Shown here in pieces: positions 9,027-18,167 of a stretch of 64,000 nucleotides of DNA (positions are counted from its first letter, which is position 1; every line of letters begins with the position of its first letter). A program made the position numbers and the translations under genes. The notes beneath the pieces were generated by a model. The model saw nothing but the letters and a program-made list of their open reading frames with translations, was not told the origin of the DNA and made no database searches. Location: positions 800,001 through 864,000 of the forward strand of contig JAVLKG010000001.1 of assembly GCA_032128875.1 (NCBI GenBank). The letters run 5' to 3'. This stretch comes from Candidatus Melainabacteria bacterium 17Bon1m (GTDB lineage: Bacteria > Cyanobacteriota > Vampirovibrionia > Obscuribacterales > Obscuribacteraceae).

Positions 9027-9065
9027 CGTTCGGCGAGCCGCCCGGCGTCGGCGATTCGCCGAGCG
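9027..9065. terminator. GC-rich hairpin between the convergent virD4 and virB6-like genes
   Basis: CGTTCGGCGAGCCGCC ... GGCGATTCGCCGAGCG imperfect stem. Confidence 0.5.
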
Positions 9066-9079
9066 GATGCGTTTGTTTA

Positions 9080-12000
9080 CTAGATGGGTTTCGCCCAGCT
9101 CGGATAGCCATTGTCTGATTGGTTGTTGTTGAGTTTTGCGAGACTGGCGCGCTGTTCGGTGACAGCTTTGAGGAAGTCCGAGCCACTTGTGTCATGTTTA
9201 GTAGGAGCTGCAATTTTGGCTTCAGCTTCCATCTTGCGAGTGGATTCAGCGGTTTGGAAAGCAGCCATCACCCCACTTCCAGACTGCGGAGCCGAAGTGG
9301 AAACAACCGAGGCTGGTGCAGAAACAACCGGAGCTGGTGCAGAAACAACCGGAGCTGGTGCAGAAACAACCGGAGCTGGTGCAGCAGCAACTGCGACTGG
9401 CTCAGGAGTGGAAACCACAGGAGCCGGAGCGGCAGCGACCGGCTGAGCGTAGGCTGCTGGAGCTGAATAGGTTGGTGCCACTGGCGCTGCGTATGTTTGG
9501 ACTTGTTGTGCCGCTTGCATGATTGGCGCTGCTGCAGCTTGAACGAATGGTGCGTCGACAAACTGGGCAATGCTTTGAGCGCTCATTTGTTGTGTGACTT
9601 GCGCTGCGACTTGTGCTTGTGCAGTGTTGGCGAAGTTGGCTTGCGCTGCTGTGATTGCAGAGTTGACGACGCCTGGATTCAGATTCAATGCAGCATTAAA
9701 GGCACCACGACCGGTGAAAGAAGATGCGTCGAAATTCAAGTTGGCGCCAGATACAGCGTTGTTCATTCTGTTGAGCAGCGAGTTTGCGAATTGTGCTTCC
9801 GCACCGTTGGCTCCGTTCATCGCAGACAATCCAGAGTTCAGAGCAGTGGAAACCGAAGCGGAATCAAGCGCATTGGCGACGAATCGCGATGCGCCATTTA
9901 CTCCCGCAGCGATAATTCCTGCACCAGGAACCGGCACGTTGCCGTAGGTCGAAGGATCCATGTTGATGGCTTGAGCGCCTTTTTCGATTGCCGCCATTGG
10001 ATTTCCGACCAGGCTTGCGAAGTCTTTGCTGTCGCCGACTGCAGAAGCGAGTTTTCCGAGTTCTGACGATGCCATGCCAGCTTGTCCTGAGAGATTAGGC
10101 ATCATAGTTTGTGCTGCGTCGAGCATGGTGTTTGCGCTGGCGGCGAGTGGTGGCAAGCTCATTATTGAGTTTGCGTTTGCAGCGAACTGAGGCAGTCCTG
10201 CGATTTCCTGACCAATAGCAACTTGTGCACCGTTAAAACCGTTCAAGCCATTAAGTGTGCCTTGTGCAAGTGGTGGCATGTCTAATCCGCTTAATCCATT
10301 TGTCCAATCTTTCATGGTGGCAGTCGCGCCTTGAAGACCGTTTGACATAGAACCAAGGTTGCCCAAGAGTTGGTTCGCCAATGAGCTTGCGGTGCTGTTG
10401 AGCGCTGCGTTTGCGCTGCCCAGCCCTTCTGCAGCCAACGTGCTTGCGGGCGATGAGAGCGAACCGATTCCGGTGGTTCCGTTCGCTCCTGTTGCACCGC
10501 CAGTGATGCCGCCCAAACCGGTTTCTCCAACTTTGCCAAGGGCAGAGTTTGTCAAAGTACCCAAGCCGTTGAGGTTGTTTTGTGTGGGCATCATGAGCGG
10601 ATTTTGGTTGTTTTGCGCCATGTGATTTCTGGCTGCGCTCACTGCTGTGTGACCTGCTTCGGTTATGAGTCCGACGAAGTCGAATGCGAACTTGACGCTG
10701 CCGGTTGCGAGGCAATTGAGTGCGGTGAAGATGAATGTGCCGGTGGCGTCTGCATTGTTGAAGAGAGCCATGAGGAGTACTGCGGTGTTCCAGAAGAGCG
10801 ACCAGAAGCAGAGAGTGATCACACCGACTACCCAGTTGGGCCAGGCTTCACGAAGCTGTCTGACTGGATAAACCCAGATGGCAGCCATGATGGGTCCGAC
10901 GAGGAACAAGTAGTGAAGGTAAATGAGTTGGAACGTGCAGAGCAAATCCCAGATGGTTGTCACTGCCATGTTGCTGCCGAAAACAGCGAGTCTTGCGACT
11001 ACTTCCGAGGAGGGCATCATCTCGTCAGCCATGCCTTCGATTGCTTGCTGTGTGCCGTCTGCGCCGAAGGTCTTGTTGTTGAAGAGCTGATTTTCCAAGC
11101 AACTAAGACCGGTGACATCATTGCTTTTGGGGAACGGCGACATCGGTGCAAGTCCCGGGAGGAAAGACAGGGTGTTTTTGTTTTCCGCTGCTTGGCGTGA
11201 CGGGAAGGCGCGCTGTTGTCCTTTGAATGCGTCGGCATACATGTCGGTTCCGAACTGGGCTTTGTAGAATTCTTGGATGGTGTGGCTGATCGAGTTCGAG
11301 AAATCGATGCCATAGTTGATGATCAGGTAAGAGCCGGGGATGAAGCACATCGCTACAACTGCTCTTAAGATGCCTTCGAACGGATTGCCTGCTTCGATGA
11401 CTGGGTTGCCTGCGCTCATCATCACCTTGGTTTGGGTGAGAACCGCACCAGGTACCAAAAGCAGAATTGCGATTGGAACGAAGATGTTGTTGCGCAGCTT
11501 GTTCCAGATGTTGCCTTCCTGCGCTGTGAAGTTGATCAGATATTTGCCGGTGAAGTTGATTGCGGCGTTGGCATTTGCTGTTGTGATTTGAGCGAATGAA
11601 TTGCCGAGCATTGTTTGCACAGCTAGTTGGGAAGCCAATGCGCTAGGGATGTTGCGTAGCGGATCGGAGATCTGGGAAAGCAATTGCTGTTGCAATTGAA
11701 GCAGTTGCATTTTGAGTGAAGTGTCTGTGAGTGGCAGACCTTGAGTTGGAACGCCACCAATGAGAAGTTGCTGCATCGATTGAGAGAGATTCAAGCTGCC
11801 GACTGGAATCATCGGTCCTTGCGAGTACAGCGCGGCTGGATTGAATGCACCTACAGTGGAAGCCGGCAAGCCGTCGGTTGATTGTTTGTAGAGCTTCTCG
11901 AGTTGACCGACGGTGAGGTTGTACTCTTGGTTGGCTGCGTCTGCCGCTGCGTTGACTGCCGAATCGACTGCAGCATTCACCTGCGTAGGCTGCGTGCCTC

Positions 12001-12112
12001 TTCTGTCTGAGTTTGCGCCTTGTGAGCCATCTGCAGCGAATGCGCCGCTGGAGATAAATGCAATTGCGGCGGTTGCGGTGAGAAGGGTTTTGATGGAAAA
12101 CGACTTGTGCAT
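9080..12112 (-). CDS. VirB6/TrbL-like polytopic membrane protein with signal peptide and ~530-aa low-complexity A/G/N/S/P tail
   Basis: Signal peptide ending AFA-A; several hydrophobic helices including YLFLVGPIMAAIWVYP...W..W; AGGA RBS; clear paralogy to 12158-13858. Confidence 0.65.
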   Translation of the reverse strand: MHKSFSIKTLLTATAAIAFISSGAFAADGSQGANSDRRGTQPTQVNAAVDSAVNAAADAANQEYNLTVGQLEKLYKQSTDGLPASTVGAFNPAALYSQGPMIPVGSLNLSQSMQQLLIGGVPTQGLPLTDTSLKMQLLQLQQQLLSQISDPLRNIPSALASQLAVQTMLGNSFAQITTANANAAINFTGKYLINFTAQEGNIWNKLRNNIFVPIAILLLVPGAVLTQTKVMMSAGNPVIEAGNPFEGILRAVVAMCFIPGSYLIINYGIDFSNSISHTIQEFYKAQFGTDMYADAFKGQQRAFPSRQAAENKNTLSFLPGLAPMSPFPKSNDVTGLSCLENQLFNNKTFGADGTQQAIEGMADEMMPSSEVVARLAVFGSNMAVTTIWDLLCTFQLIYLHYLFLVGPIMAAIWVYPVRQLREAWPNWVVGVITLCFWSLFWNTAVLLMALFNNADATGTFIFTALNCLATGSVKFAFDFVGLITEAGHTAVSAARNHMAQNNQNPLMMPTQNNLNGLGTLTNSALGKVGETGLGGITGGATGANGTTGIGSLSSPASTLAAEGLGSANAALNSTASSLANQLLGNLGSMSNGLQGATATMKDWTNGLSGLDMPPLAQGTLNGLNGFNGAQVAIGQEIAGLPQFAANANSIMSLPPLAASANTMLDAAQTMMPNLSGQAGMASSELGKLASAVGDSKDFASLVGNPMAAIEKGAQAINMDPSTYGNVPVPGAGIIAAGVNGASRFVANALDSASVSTALNSGLSAMNGANGAEAQFANSLLNRMNNAVSGANLNFDASSFTGRGAFNAALNLNPGVVNSAITAAQANFANTAQAQVAAQVTQQMSAQSIAQFVDAPFVQAAAAPIMQAAQQVQTYAAPVAPTYSAPAAYAQPVAAAPAPVVSTPEPVAVAAAPAPVVSAPAPVVSAPAPVVSAPASVVSTSAPQSGSGVMAAFQTAESTRKMEAEAKIAAPTKHDTSGSDFLKAVTEQRASLAKLNNNQSDNGYPSWAKPI
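9300..9384. repeat. Intragenic 21-bp tandem repeat x4 encoding APAPVVS
   Basis: GAAACAACCGGAGCTGGTGCA units at 9300, 9321, 9342 and 9363. Confidence 0.9.
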
Positions 12113-12157
12113 GTTGGTGTCCTATCAGTTTGGATTGGGGTTAGAGAAAAATTTTGA

Positions 12158-13858
12158 TTACGCGATGCCGCCGACCGCACTGCCCATCGAGCTTCCGATG
12201 GCACCTCCGACGGCTGTGCCGCCCATGCTGGGTGAAGCGCCGACGCCGCTACCTTGTCCCAATTCACCTAGCAGTTTGTCTACGAACGAGCCAGGATTGA
12301 ATTGGAAGGACATGAAAGGGACGACCGAGAGAAGAACGAGAAAGCAGATCATGGCGAATGATTCCCAGGGGCTGTTTGCTTGGTAAATACCTTCTTGGCG
12401 CAACCATGAGATGCGTGCGTCCATCACGAGCAAAATCACGCACCACCAGAATCTCCAGAGAACGAGGTTGATGACGGCGTTGAGCCAGTTGGTGAAAACT
12501 GTTTTGAAGAGGCGGGACATCCCCCACGGCCACGCATAGAGAGCAGCGGCAATTGGTCCCATGAGGAACAAGTAGAGAACAAAAACGAGTTGGAATGCCA
12601 GCAAGATTGCGGTTGCAATCGACACCATCATTGAGAGAGTTCCGGCAACCATTCCTGCGGTTTGATTTTGAACAGGCTTGTTTTCGACGTTTGCCATAAA
12701 AGCTTGAGCACTTTCCGGCGATGACATTGTCGGCATGGGAGTGTTTTGAGCACCGCTAGCGATTTGCGACATTTGCTCGCCGAGCCAGCTTTGAACGTTT
12801 TGCATATCGGTGACTGCTTGCACTGTTTCTGTCATTGAATTGCCGATGTCGATTGAGTAAGAAACGATCAGTTGGGTTGCTGGAATGAGAACGATGGCGG
12901 TCAGCGCTTTGAGTGGACCGGAAAGCGGTGTCATGATTTCTTCGCCGGGAGCGATGTTGAAGGTGTACTGGATGACGACCTTTGCGCTGCTGAGAATGGC
13001 GCCAGTAAGAAGGAGGAGAATCGCCATCGGCAAGTAGACTGATTTCCAGAAGAGTTGAACGCTGCGGACCACTTTGCTGATGCCCTCGTTACCAGCGACT
13101 TCTTCGTTTGCAACGTTGACGAGGTGCTTTCCGATGGCTTTTATGTTCGCTTGCGATGTTTGTTTTGCAACTTGGGCGGTCGATTCTGCAATCATTTGCT
13201 GTTGAGCTTGAGCGACTACTTGAGCTGTTTTGACCCAGCGCTCTGGGCTTGTGGCGCGGTCGATGATCGTTTGTGCAAAATCTCCGAGTGCCAACTTCGC
13301 TGCAGTGTCGGTCAAACGAATGCCCAGTCCGTTGAAACTCCCTTCTGCCATCGCTGCGTTTACAACGCCCGAAGGGAGGTCTTTGGCCAGCAAAACCGCG
13401 CCGGGGTCGAATTGGAAAGCGCCATCTTGCGGACCTGGGACGCCGAAGTGGGACGTCATTCCGTAGCCTTGTCCAGCTTGGAAAACGTAAGTCACAGGCT
13501 TTTGGATGTAGACGAGCGGGGTGGCGTAGGTCTTCAGTGATTCGGACTTGGACTTATTGCTGGCTTTGACGCGATAGCTAGCACCGTTTTGCGTTCCAGC
13601 GGTGGCGTGGCTGCCGTGGCTGGTTGCGGCTGGGACGGAGCCGTCGTTAATCAATTGCTGCAGGGCTTTGATCTTCTTCTCTTTCTTTGGAGCAAAACGA
13701 TTTTCGTATTCTCTTTGGATTGAAACTTGGCTGGGGGCTTGTGCATCTGCCGGGAGTTGGAGGGTCAGGGATGAAACCATTGCGAATGTTGAAACCGCAG
13801 AAACCGCAACTGCCGCAACGTGGATGCTTCTTCCAGCTAGTGAACTGCAGATGGACAT
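12158..13858 (-). CDS. Second VirB6/TrbL-like membrane protein (paralog)
   Basis: Likely start ATG 13858 with AAGGAG RBS (ORF track starts at 14005); signal-peptide-like N-terminus; LPMAILLL..GAIL, YSIDIGNS and YLFLMGPIAAALYAWP motifs are shared with 9080-12112. Confidence 0.65.
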   Translation of the reverse strand: MSICSSLAGRSIHVAAVAVSAVSTFAMVSSLTLQLPADAQAPSQVSIQREYENRFAPKKEKKIKALQQLINDGSVPAATSHGSHATAGTQNGASYRVKASNKSKSESLKTYATPLVYIQKPVTYVFQAGQGYGMTSHFGVPGPQDGAFQFDPGAVLLAKDLPSGVVNAAMAEGSFNGLGIRLTDTAAKLALGDFAQTIIDRATSPERWVKTAQVVAQAQQQMIAESTAQVAKQTSQANIKAIGKHLVNVANEEVAGNEGISKVVRSVQLFWKSVYLPMAILLLLTGAILSSAKVVIQYTFNIAPGEEIMTPLSGPLKALTAIVLIPATQLIVSYSIDIGNSMTETVQAVTDMQNVQSWLGEQMSQIASGAQNTPMPTMSSPESAQAFMANVENKPVQNQTAGMVAGTLSMMVSIATAILLAFQLVFVLYLFLMGPIAAALYAWPWGMSRLFKTVFTNWLNAVINLVLWRFWWCVILLVMDARISWLRQEGIYQANSPWESFAMICFLVLLSVVPFMSFQFNPGSFVDKLLGELGQGSGVGASPSMGGTAVGGAIGSSMGSAVGGIA

Positions 13859-14168
13859 CGGGTCGACTCCTTGAGAAACGTTGCCAGGCTTGGGTGCCTG
13901 CAATCTCGGCGGTCTTGCGGACCTCCGGTTTTTGAGCTCGTCACGGGCGGGTGTCCCGGACTCATACCTCAAATGTAAGCCAGCCGCTGGACAACGGTTG
14001 GACAACCGTCTAAAGCAGACAGGTGCTTAGATTGCAGAATTTTGATTAAGTAAAGTCCAGGGCCTTGGACATACAGCCATATCTAAGCTTTAAAAATAAA
14101 GGACTTGGTTGAAGCAAAAGCCAAGATGTTAGTCTGGGTGCTCGTTCTGTTCAAAGGGAGACGATCAA

Positions 14169-15200
14169 ATGACAGCAGGAACCGCCGCAGAAGTAACCCC
14201 CGCCAATATCATGAAGATGGGCTTGGCATTTTGGGGTTCTAAGACGCTGCTTTCAGCCGTTGAGCTTGACCTGTTTACAGAGCTTGCTAAGTCTCCCGCA
14301 GATGCGGATGCACTAACGAAGAAACTGAACCTGCACGAGCGCTCCAGTCGAGACTTCTTTGATGCCTTGGTTGCTCTCGGTTTTCTTGAAAGAAAAAACG
14401 GTGTCTATTCGAATACCGCAGAAACCGACAAATTTCTTGATGCAGCAAAACCAAGTTATATCGGTGGTTTTCTCATTATGACCAGTCTGCGCTTGTATCC
14501 AACTTGGGGCGGATTGACCGATGCTTTGCGCACTGGCAAACCCCAAAGCGAAGCCAAAGATTTGTCGTCGCAAGATCTGTTCGCTCAACTCTATGCAGAC
14601 AAGGATAAGCTAAAAGGTTTCCTGCAAGCTATGACCGGTATCAGCCTTGGAAATGCTCGATTTATCGCTCAGAATTTTGAATGGAGCAAATACAAAACAT
14701 TCTGCGACGTTGGTACCGCCCAAGGTGCCCTCGCTGTTACGGTTGCAAAAGCACATCCGCATCTAAGCGGAATAGGATTTGATTTGGCACCTGTAGAGCC
14801 TATCTTCAATGAATACGCAGAAAAGAATGGCGTGGCAGAACGGCTCAAATTTGTGAGTGGTGATTTCTTCAAAGGCGAAATTCCGCAATGCGATGTGATC
14901 GTAATGGGTCACATTTTGCACGATTGGAATCTCGAAGAAAAACGCATGCTCGTCGCGAAGGCCTTCAAGGCTCTCAATCCCGGTGGCGCGCTCATTGTGT
15001 ATGACGCGATGATCGACAACGAGCGCGAGAAGAATGCGTTCGGACTTCTCATGAGTCTGAACATGCTGATTGAAACACCCGGCGGTTTTGATTACTCACC
15101 AGCACAATGCGAAGAATGGCTCAATGAAGCTGGCTTCAAAGACATTCGCTTTGAAACTCTGACCCCGACTCACATGATGGGAATCGGAATCAAGCATTAA
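14169..15200 (+). CDS. SAM-dependent O-methyltransferase (Methyltransf_2 plus dimerisation domain)
   Basis: AVELDLF N-terminal w[29 protein letters not shown]. Confidence 0.92.
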   Translation: MTAGTAAEVTPANIMKMGLAFWGSKTLLSAVELDLFTELAKSPADADALTKKLNLHERSSRDFFDALVALGFLERKNGVYSNTAETDKFLDAAKPSYIGGFLIMTSLRLYPTWGGLTDALRTGKPQSEAKDLSSQDLFAQLYADKDKLKGFLQAMTGISLGNARFIAQNFEWSKYKTFCDVGTAQGALAVTVAKAHPHLSGIGFDLAPVEPIFNEYAEKNGVAERLKFVSGDFFKGEIPQCDVIVMGHILHDWNLEEKRMLVAKAFKALNPGGALIVYDAMIDNEREKNAFGLLMSLNMLIETPGGFDYSPAQCEEWLNEAGFKDIRFETLTPTHMMGIGIKH

Positions 15201-15207
15201 GAGAATC

Positions 15208-15230
15208 GTGGGGGCGCGTTGCACGCGCCC
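15208..15230 (+). repeat. REP-like palindrome GTGGGGGCGCGTTGCACGCGCCC
   Basis: GT(A/G)G plus GC hairpin between convergent genes. Confidence 0.6.
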
Positions 15231-15239
15231 TGCCGAAAT

Positions 15240-15482
15240 TTACTTCGCTTTGTTCGCGGCTTTCAGCTCTCTGACTTCTTTCAGCAGAGTAGCAACATCG
15301 GCGCGCAATAAAGTAATTTCTTGCTGAACCTGTGCCACCTGTCCTTTGATGTCGAATGGTGCCAGGAAGTAATTTACGACCACAAGCAGAAGGATAAGGA
15401 CGGCAAAGTTGCCGCCGAAAATAAGGACGAATTCTTTGATGTTTTCCAAGAATAACGGAAGTTTTTTTTCGCCGGACGACAT
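15240..15482 (-). CDS. Small membrane protein (one TM plus short coiled coil)
   Basis: 80 aa; hydrophobic stretch then heptad-like tail. Confidence 0.65.
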   Translation of the reverse strand: MSSGEKKLPLFLENIKEFVLIFGGNFAVLILLLVVVNYFLAPFDIKGQVAQVQQEITLLRADVATLLKEVRELKAANKAK

Positions 15483-15533
15483 GCGTTTTTGCCCCGTGTT
15501 ATTTTAGCTACAAAATGGATTCCGTTTTGGCTC

Positions 15534-17798
15534 TTACTTCTTGCTCACAGCGTGCTTTACAGGTTTCATCTCAAGCACTTCTGTGTACGGCAATTCTATG
15601 TTTGCCGAGCCGGAGTAATTGTACATCCTGGCGACCAGGTAGTTTTTGTAGCGAGTAAGGCTGAGTTCTCCCTGTAGAGAGGACTTTACGCGTGTCGTTT
15701 TGCCTTCAGTTGAAGAATTATCAGAACTAAGACCAGACAAAGTAAAAGTAGTTGACGCCGTTTGCCCGACGCGCAGTCCATCCACCTCGCCTTTCCAAAT
15801 CGCTCGTGTAGGCAAAGCCTCAAGCGATATTGTCCCGCTTACCGAATCACCTGCTTGTTTGAGCGAGATGTGCAGGTTGGAATTTGACTTTGCAAAGGGC
15901 GACACCCAATTGCCCGTGAATGACGCATCTTCCGACGGATCGCTCTTTTTATCGAGAAGTCGTTCGCCCCAGTTGTCTGCAATGCTAGCTTGCACTCTGG
16001 CTGCTTCCAAAAATTCTTTGTCCGCAAAATGTAAGTTTGCCAGCGATTGCAGATAGCGCTTCGCAAGCTCTTCCGGATAATTTGTTGTGTCGGAGCGCGC
16101 AGCAAACAAGTCTTCCACTCGGCGATAAAGAGATTTTGCTTTGCTGGAGTTCTCTTTGTACCCGTCGGCGTATGAATTTGCAAGCTCGCCGTTGAGCTCA
16201 AACCAATAACGATTGAGATCCGGAATTTTGTTTGCACTAAGCGCCGAAATTACATCATTTGGCTCTACCGCGTGTTTTTCACGCAAGAAACTTTCAAATA
16301 TCTCCATCGATTTGTTGAGCGAATCCTTGGCAATCGCAAAATTCTTAGTTCTGCGCTCTTCGCTGTAGTCGGGATCACAAGCCTCTTTGTCGTAAACCGC
16401 TATTCCGTATTTCAAGAGACTGACAGCGTGAGGAATTGAATTTGAATGTCGGCCAGTTGTATCAATGGCGCGTTGCGCGTAGTTCAAAGCTTTGTCGTAC
16501 TGCTGGTCTTCAATGGCTTTCTCGCTGAGCTTCCAAAGTTCACCCAGTTGAATTTTTGCGTTAGCAAATTCTGGAGTCGTGGGTGCGGGACCTTGCGTGC
16601 TAGTAGAAATCATCGTGCCACAAACCAGCATTGAAAGCCCAATAGCAGTAGTGATTGCAATTCCTGTGGCGCTGAAGCGAGACTTTTCTTTTACTGGTTC
16701 TGTCTTGCGTGCTTCAGGTTCGAATTCCAGGTCGCTCGGAAGGTCCTCCCAATTGGTGAGTTTTGCCAGATCTTTGCCGAGTTCGCGCGCTGTGTGATAT
16801 CGCGCTTCCGGCAATTTCATCAATGTCGTTTCAATTGTCGATGCCAAAATTTCTGCCGGCTTCAGTTTTGGATGATTAGCATTGACGCGGGGCGCGGGCT
16901 CGTGGATGTGTTTGTACAGAGTATCGAGGGCGGTTTCACCTCTAAATGGCACACTGCCTGTGATGGCTTCGAACATCACGCAGCCGAGCGAATAAATATC
17001 ACTTCGCGTGTCAATCGGCAGCGAGCGGCATTGTTCTGGACTCATGTAAAACGGGCTGCCTATGACCTGTCCGGTATGGGTAAGGTGCAAGGAAGTCGAA
17101 TCGATGTCTGCAAGAGACTTTGCAATACCGAAATCCAACAACTTCACACCGAGCTTATCTTTTGCATCGGTATACAGCATGATGTTGCTTGGTTTGATGT
17201 CGCGGTGAACGACACCACGCCTGTGTGCGTGAGCAAGACCTTTTGCTACTTGGACGAAGATATCAGCGAATTCATTCAGTGAGAGCTTCGCTTTTTTCTT
17301 CAGCAGTTGCGCGAGCGTTTGACCACGCATGTACTCCATAACAATGTACGGACGACCGTCATCAGTCACTCCTGAGTCGTAAACTGCAGCAAGATTTTCG
17401 TGCGCCATTGATGACGCAGCGGCAACCTCTTGTTGAAACCGCTCCAAGACGCTATCCATATTCGCCAGGTCGCGGTCTAAAACTTTCACAGCAACGTCGC
17501 GGTTTTCTTTCAAATCCCGAGCCTTGTAAACGACTGCCATGCCGCCTTGCCCGGCAACGCCTAAAAGTTCATAGCGCTTGTTTATAACAGCAAAGGTCAA
17601 GGCATCTGCCGACTTCGCTTTGCTTACTTTGTTTTGTTTGCGACCCTTCTCCAGCAGCAATGTCTCTGCCGCCACGTTAATATCGAGATCCTCGTCTTCA
17701 TCCTCTTCTTCCGCCGTGGTGCCTGCGATACTGCCCGACACCAAAATGTCGACCTTATTGGTCGTCTCGTCTGCAAGTTTGGATTCTCGCTTAATCAA
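15534..17798 (-). CDS. Hanks-type Ser/Thr protein kinase with TM and TPR-like extracytoplasmic region
   Basis: GQGGMAVVY, VAVK, HRDIKPSN, DFG, GSPFYMSPEQ; TM at ~aa 378-398. Confidence 0.93.
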   Translation of the reverse strand: MIKRESKLADETTNKVDILVSGSIAGTTAEEEDEDEDLDINVAAETLLLEKGRKQNKVSKAKSADALTFAVINKRYELLGVAGQGGMAVVYKARDLKENRDVAVKVLDRDLANMDSVLERFQQEVAAASSMAHENLAAVYDSGVTDDGRPYIVMEYMRGQTLAQLLKKKAKLSLNEFADIFVQVAKGLAHAHRRGVVHRDIKPSNIMLYTDAKDKLGVKLLDFGIAKSLADIDSTSLHLTHTGQVIGSPFYMSPEQCRSLPIDTRSDIYSLGCVMFEAITGSVPFRGETALDTLYKHIHEPAPRVNANHPKLKPAEILASTIETTLMKLPEARYHTARELGKDLAKLTNWEDLPSDLEFEPEARKTEPVKEKSRFSATGIAITTAIGLSMLVCGTMISTSTQGPAPTTPEFANAKIQLGELWKLSEKAIEDQQYDKALNYAQRAIDTTGRHSNSIPHAVSLLKYGIAVYDKEACDPDYSEERRTKNFAIAKDSLNKSMEIFESFLREKHAVEPNDVISALSANKIPDLNRYWFELNGELANSYADGYKENSSKAKSLYRRVEDLFAARSDTTNYPEELAKRYLQSLANLHFADKEFLEAARVQASIADNWGERLLDKKSDPSEDASFTGNWVSPFAKSNSNLHISLKQAGDSVSGTISLEALPTRAIWKGEVDGLRVGQTASTTFTLSGLSSDNSSTEGKTTRVKSSLQGELSLTRYKNYLVARMYNYSGSANIELPYTEVLEMKPVKHAVSKK

Positions 17799-18097
17799 GA
17801 AAGCCCCATCATTTTAGGCGTATGGGTGGCATTGTCGGTGTTGAAGCCGGTTTTGTCCGGTATGGTCCAATCAATTCCAGAACTGTTTTCCTGAACTACT
17901 GCTTTAGCTTTAGCTACTGTATCAAAGTAATAGAGCCAGTCCTTCAGGAGGACAACTGGGTTGGACCTGGGATTTACCCCAGTTCGCTCGGCCGACTGGT
18001 AGAGCATAATGGCGCTCAAAGGGCTTGCTGTACTCGCAGAAGCGTAGGGCAGTACCCTAAGAAGATACCCAGTCCAAGGATTAAATCCACGGCGCAA
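17795..18097 (-). CDS. Hypothetical protein (uncertain)
   Basis: Its TGA overlaps the kinase TTG start (TTGA), suggesting coupling; no recognisable motif. Confidence 0.35.
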   Translation of the reverse strand: MRRGFNPWTGYLLRVLPYASASTASPLSAIMLYQSAERTGVNPRSNPVVLLKDWLYYFDTVAKAKAVVQENSSGIDWTIPDKTGFNTDNATHTPKMMGLS

Positions 18098-18167
18098 GCC
18101 ATTGCTGCGTCTGTTTTGTTGTGCCTGATGTTATTCGAATAGCTTAAAACCTCCGCCGAGACCAAAT

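Noticed and set aside
13859-14005. N-terminal extension of the 615-aa ORF
   Set aside because: ATG 13858 has an AAGGAG RBS and starts a signal-peptide-like segment, so it is the better start
17822-18142. 106-aa + strand ORF
   Set aside because: Overlaps a minus-strand ORF coupled to the kinase start; no motif or RBS support
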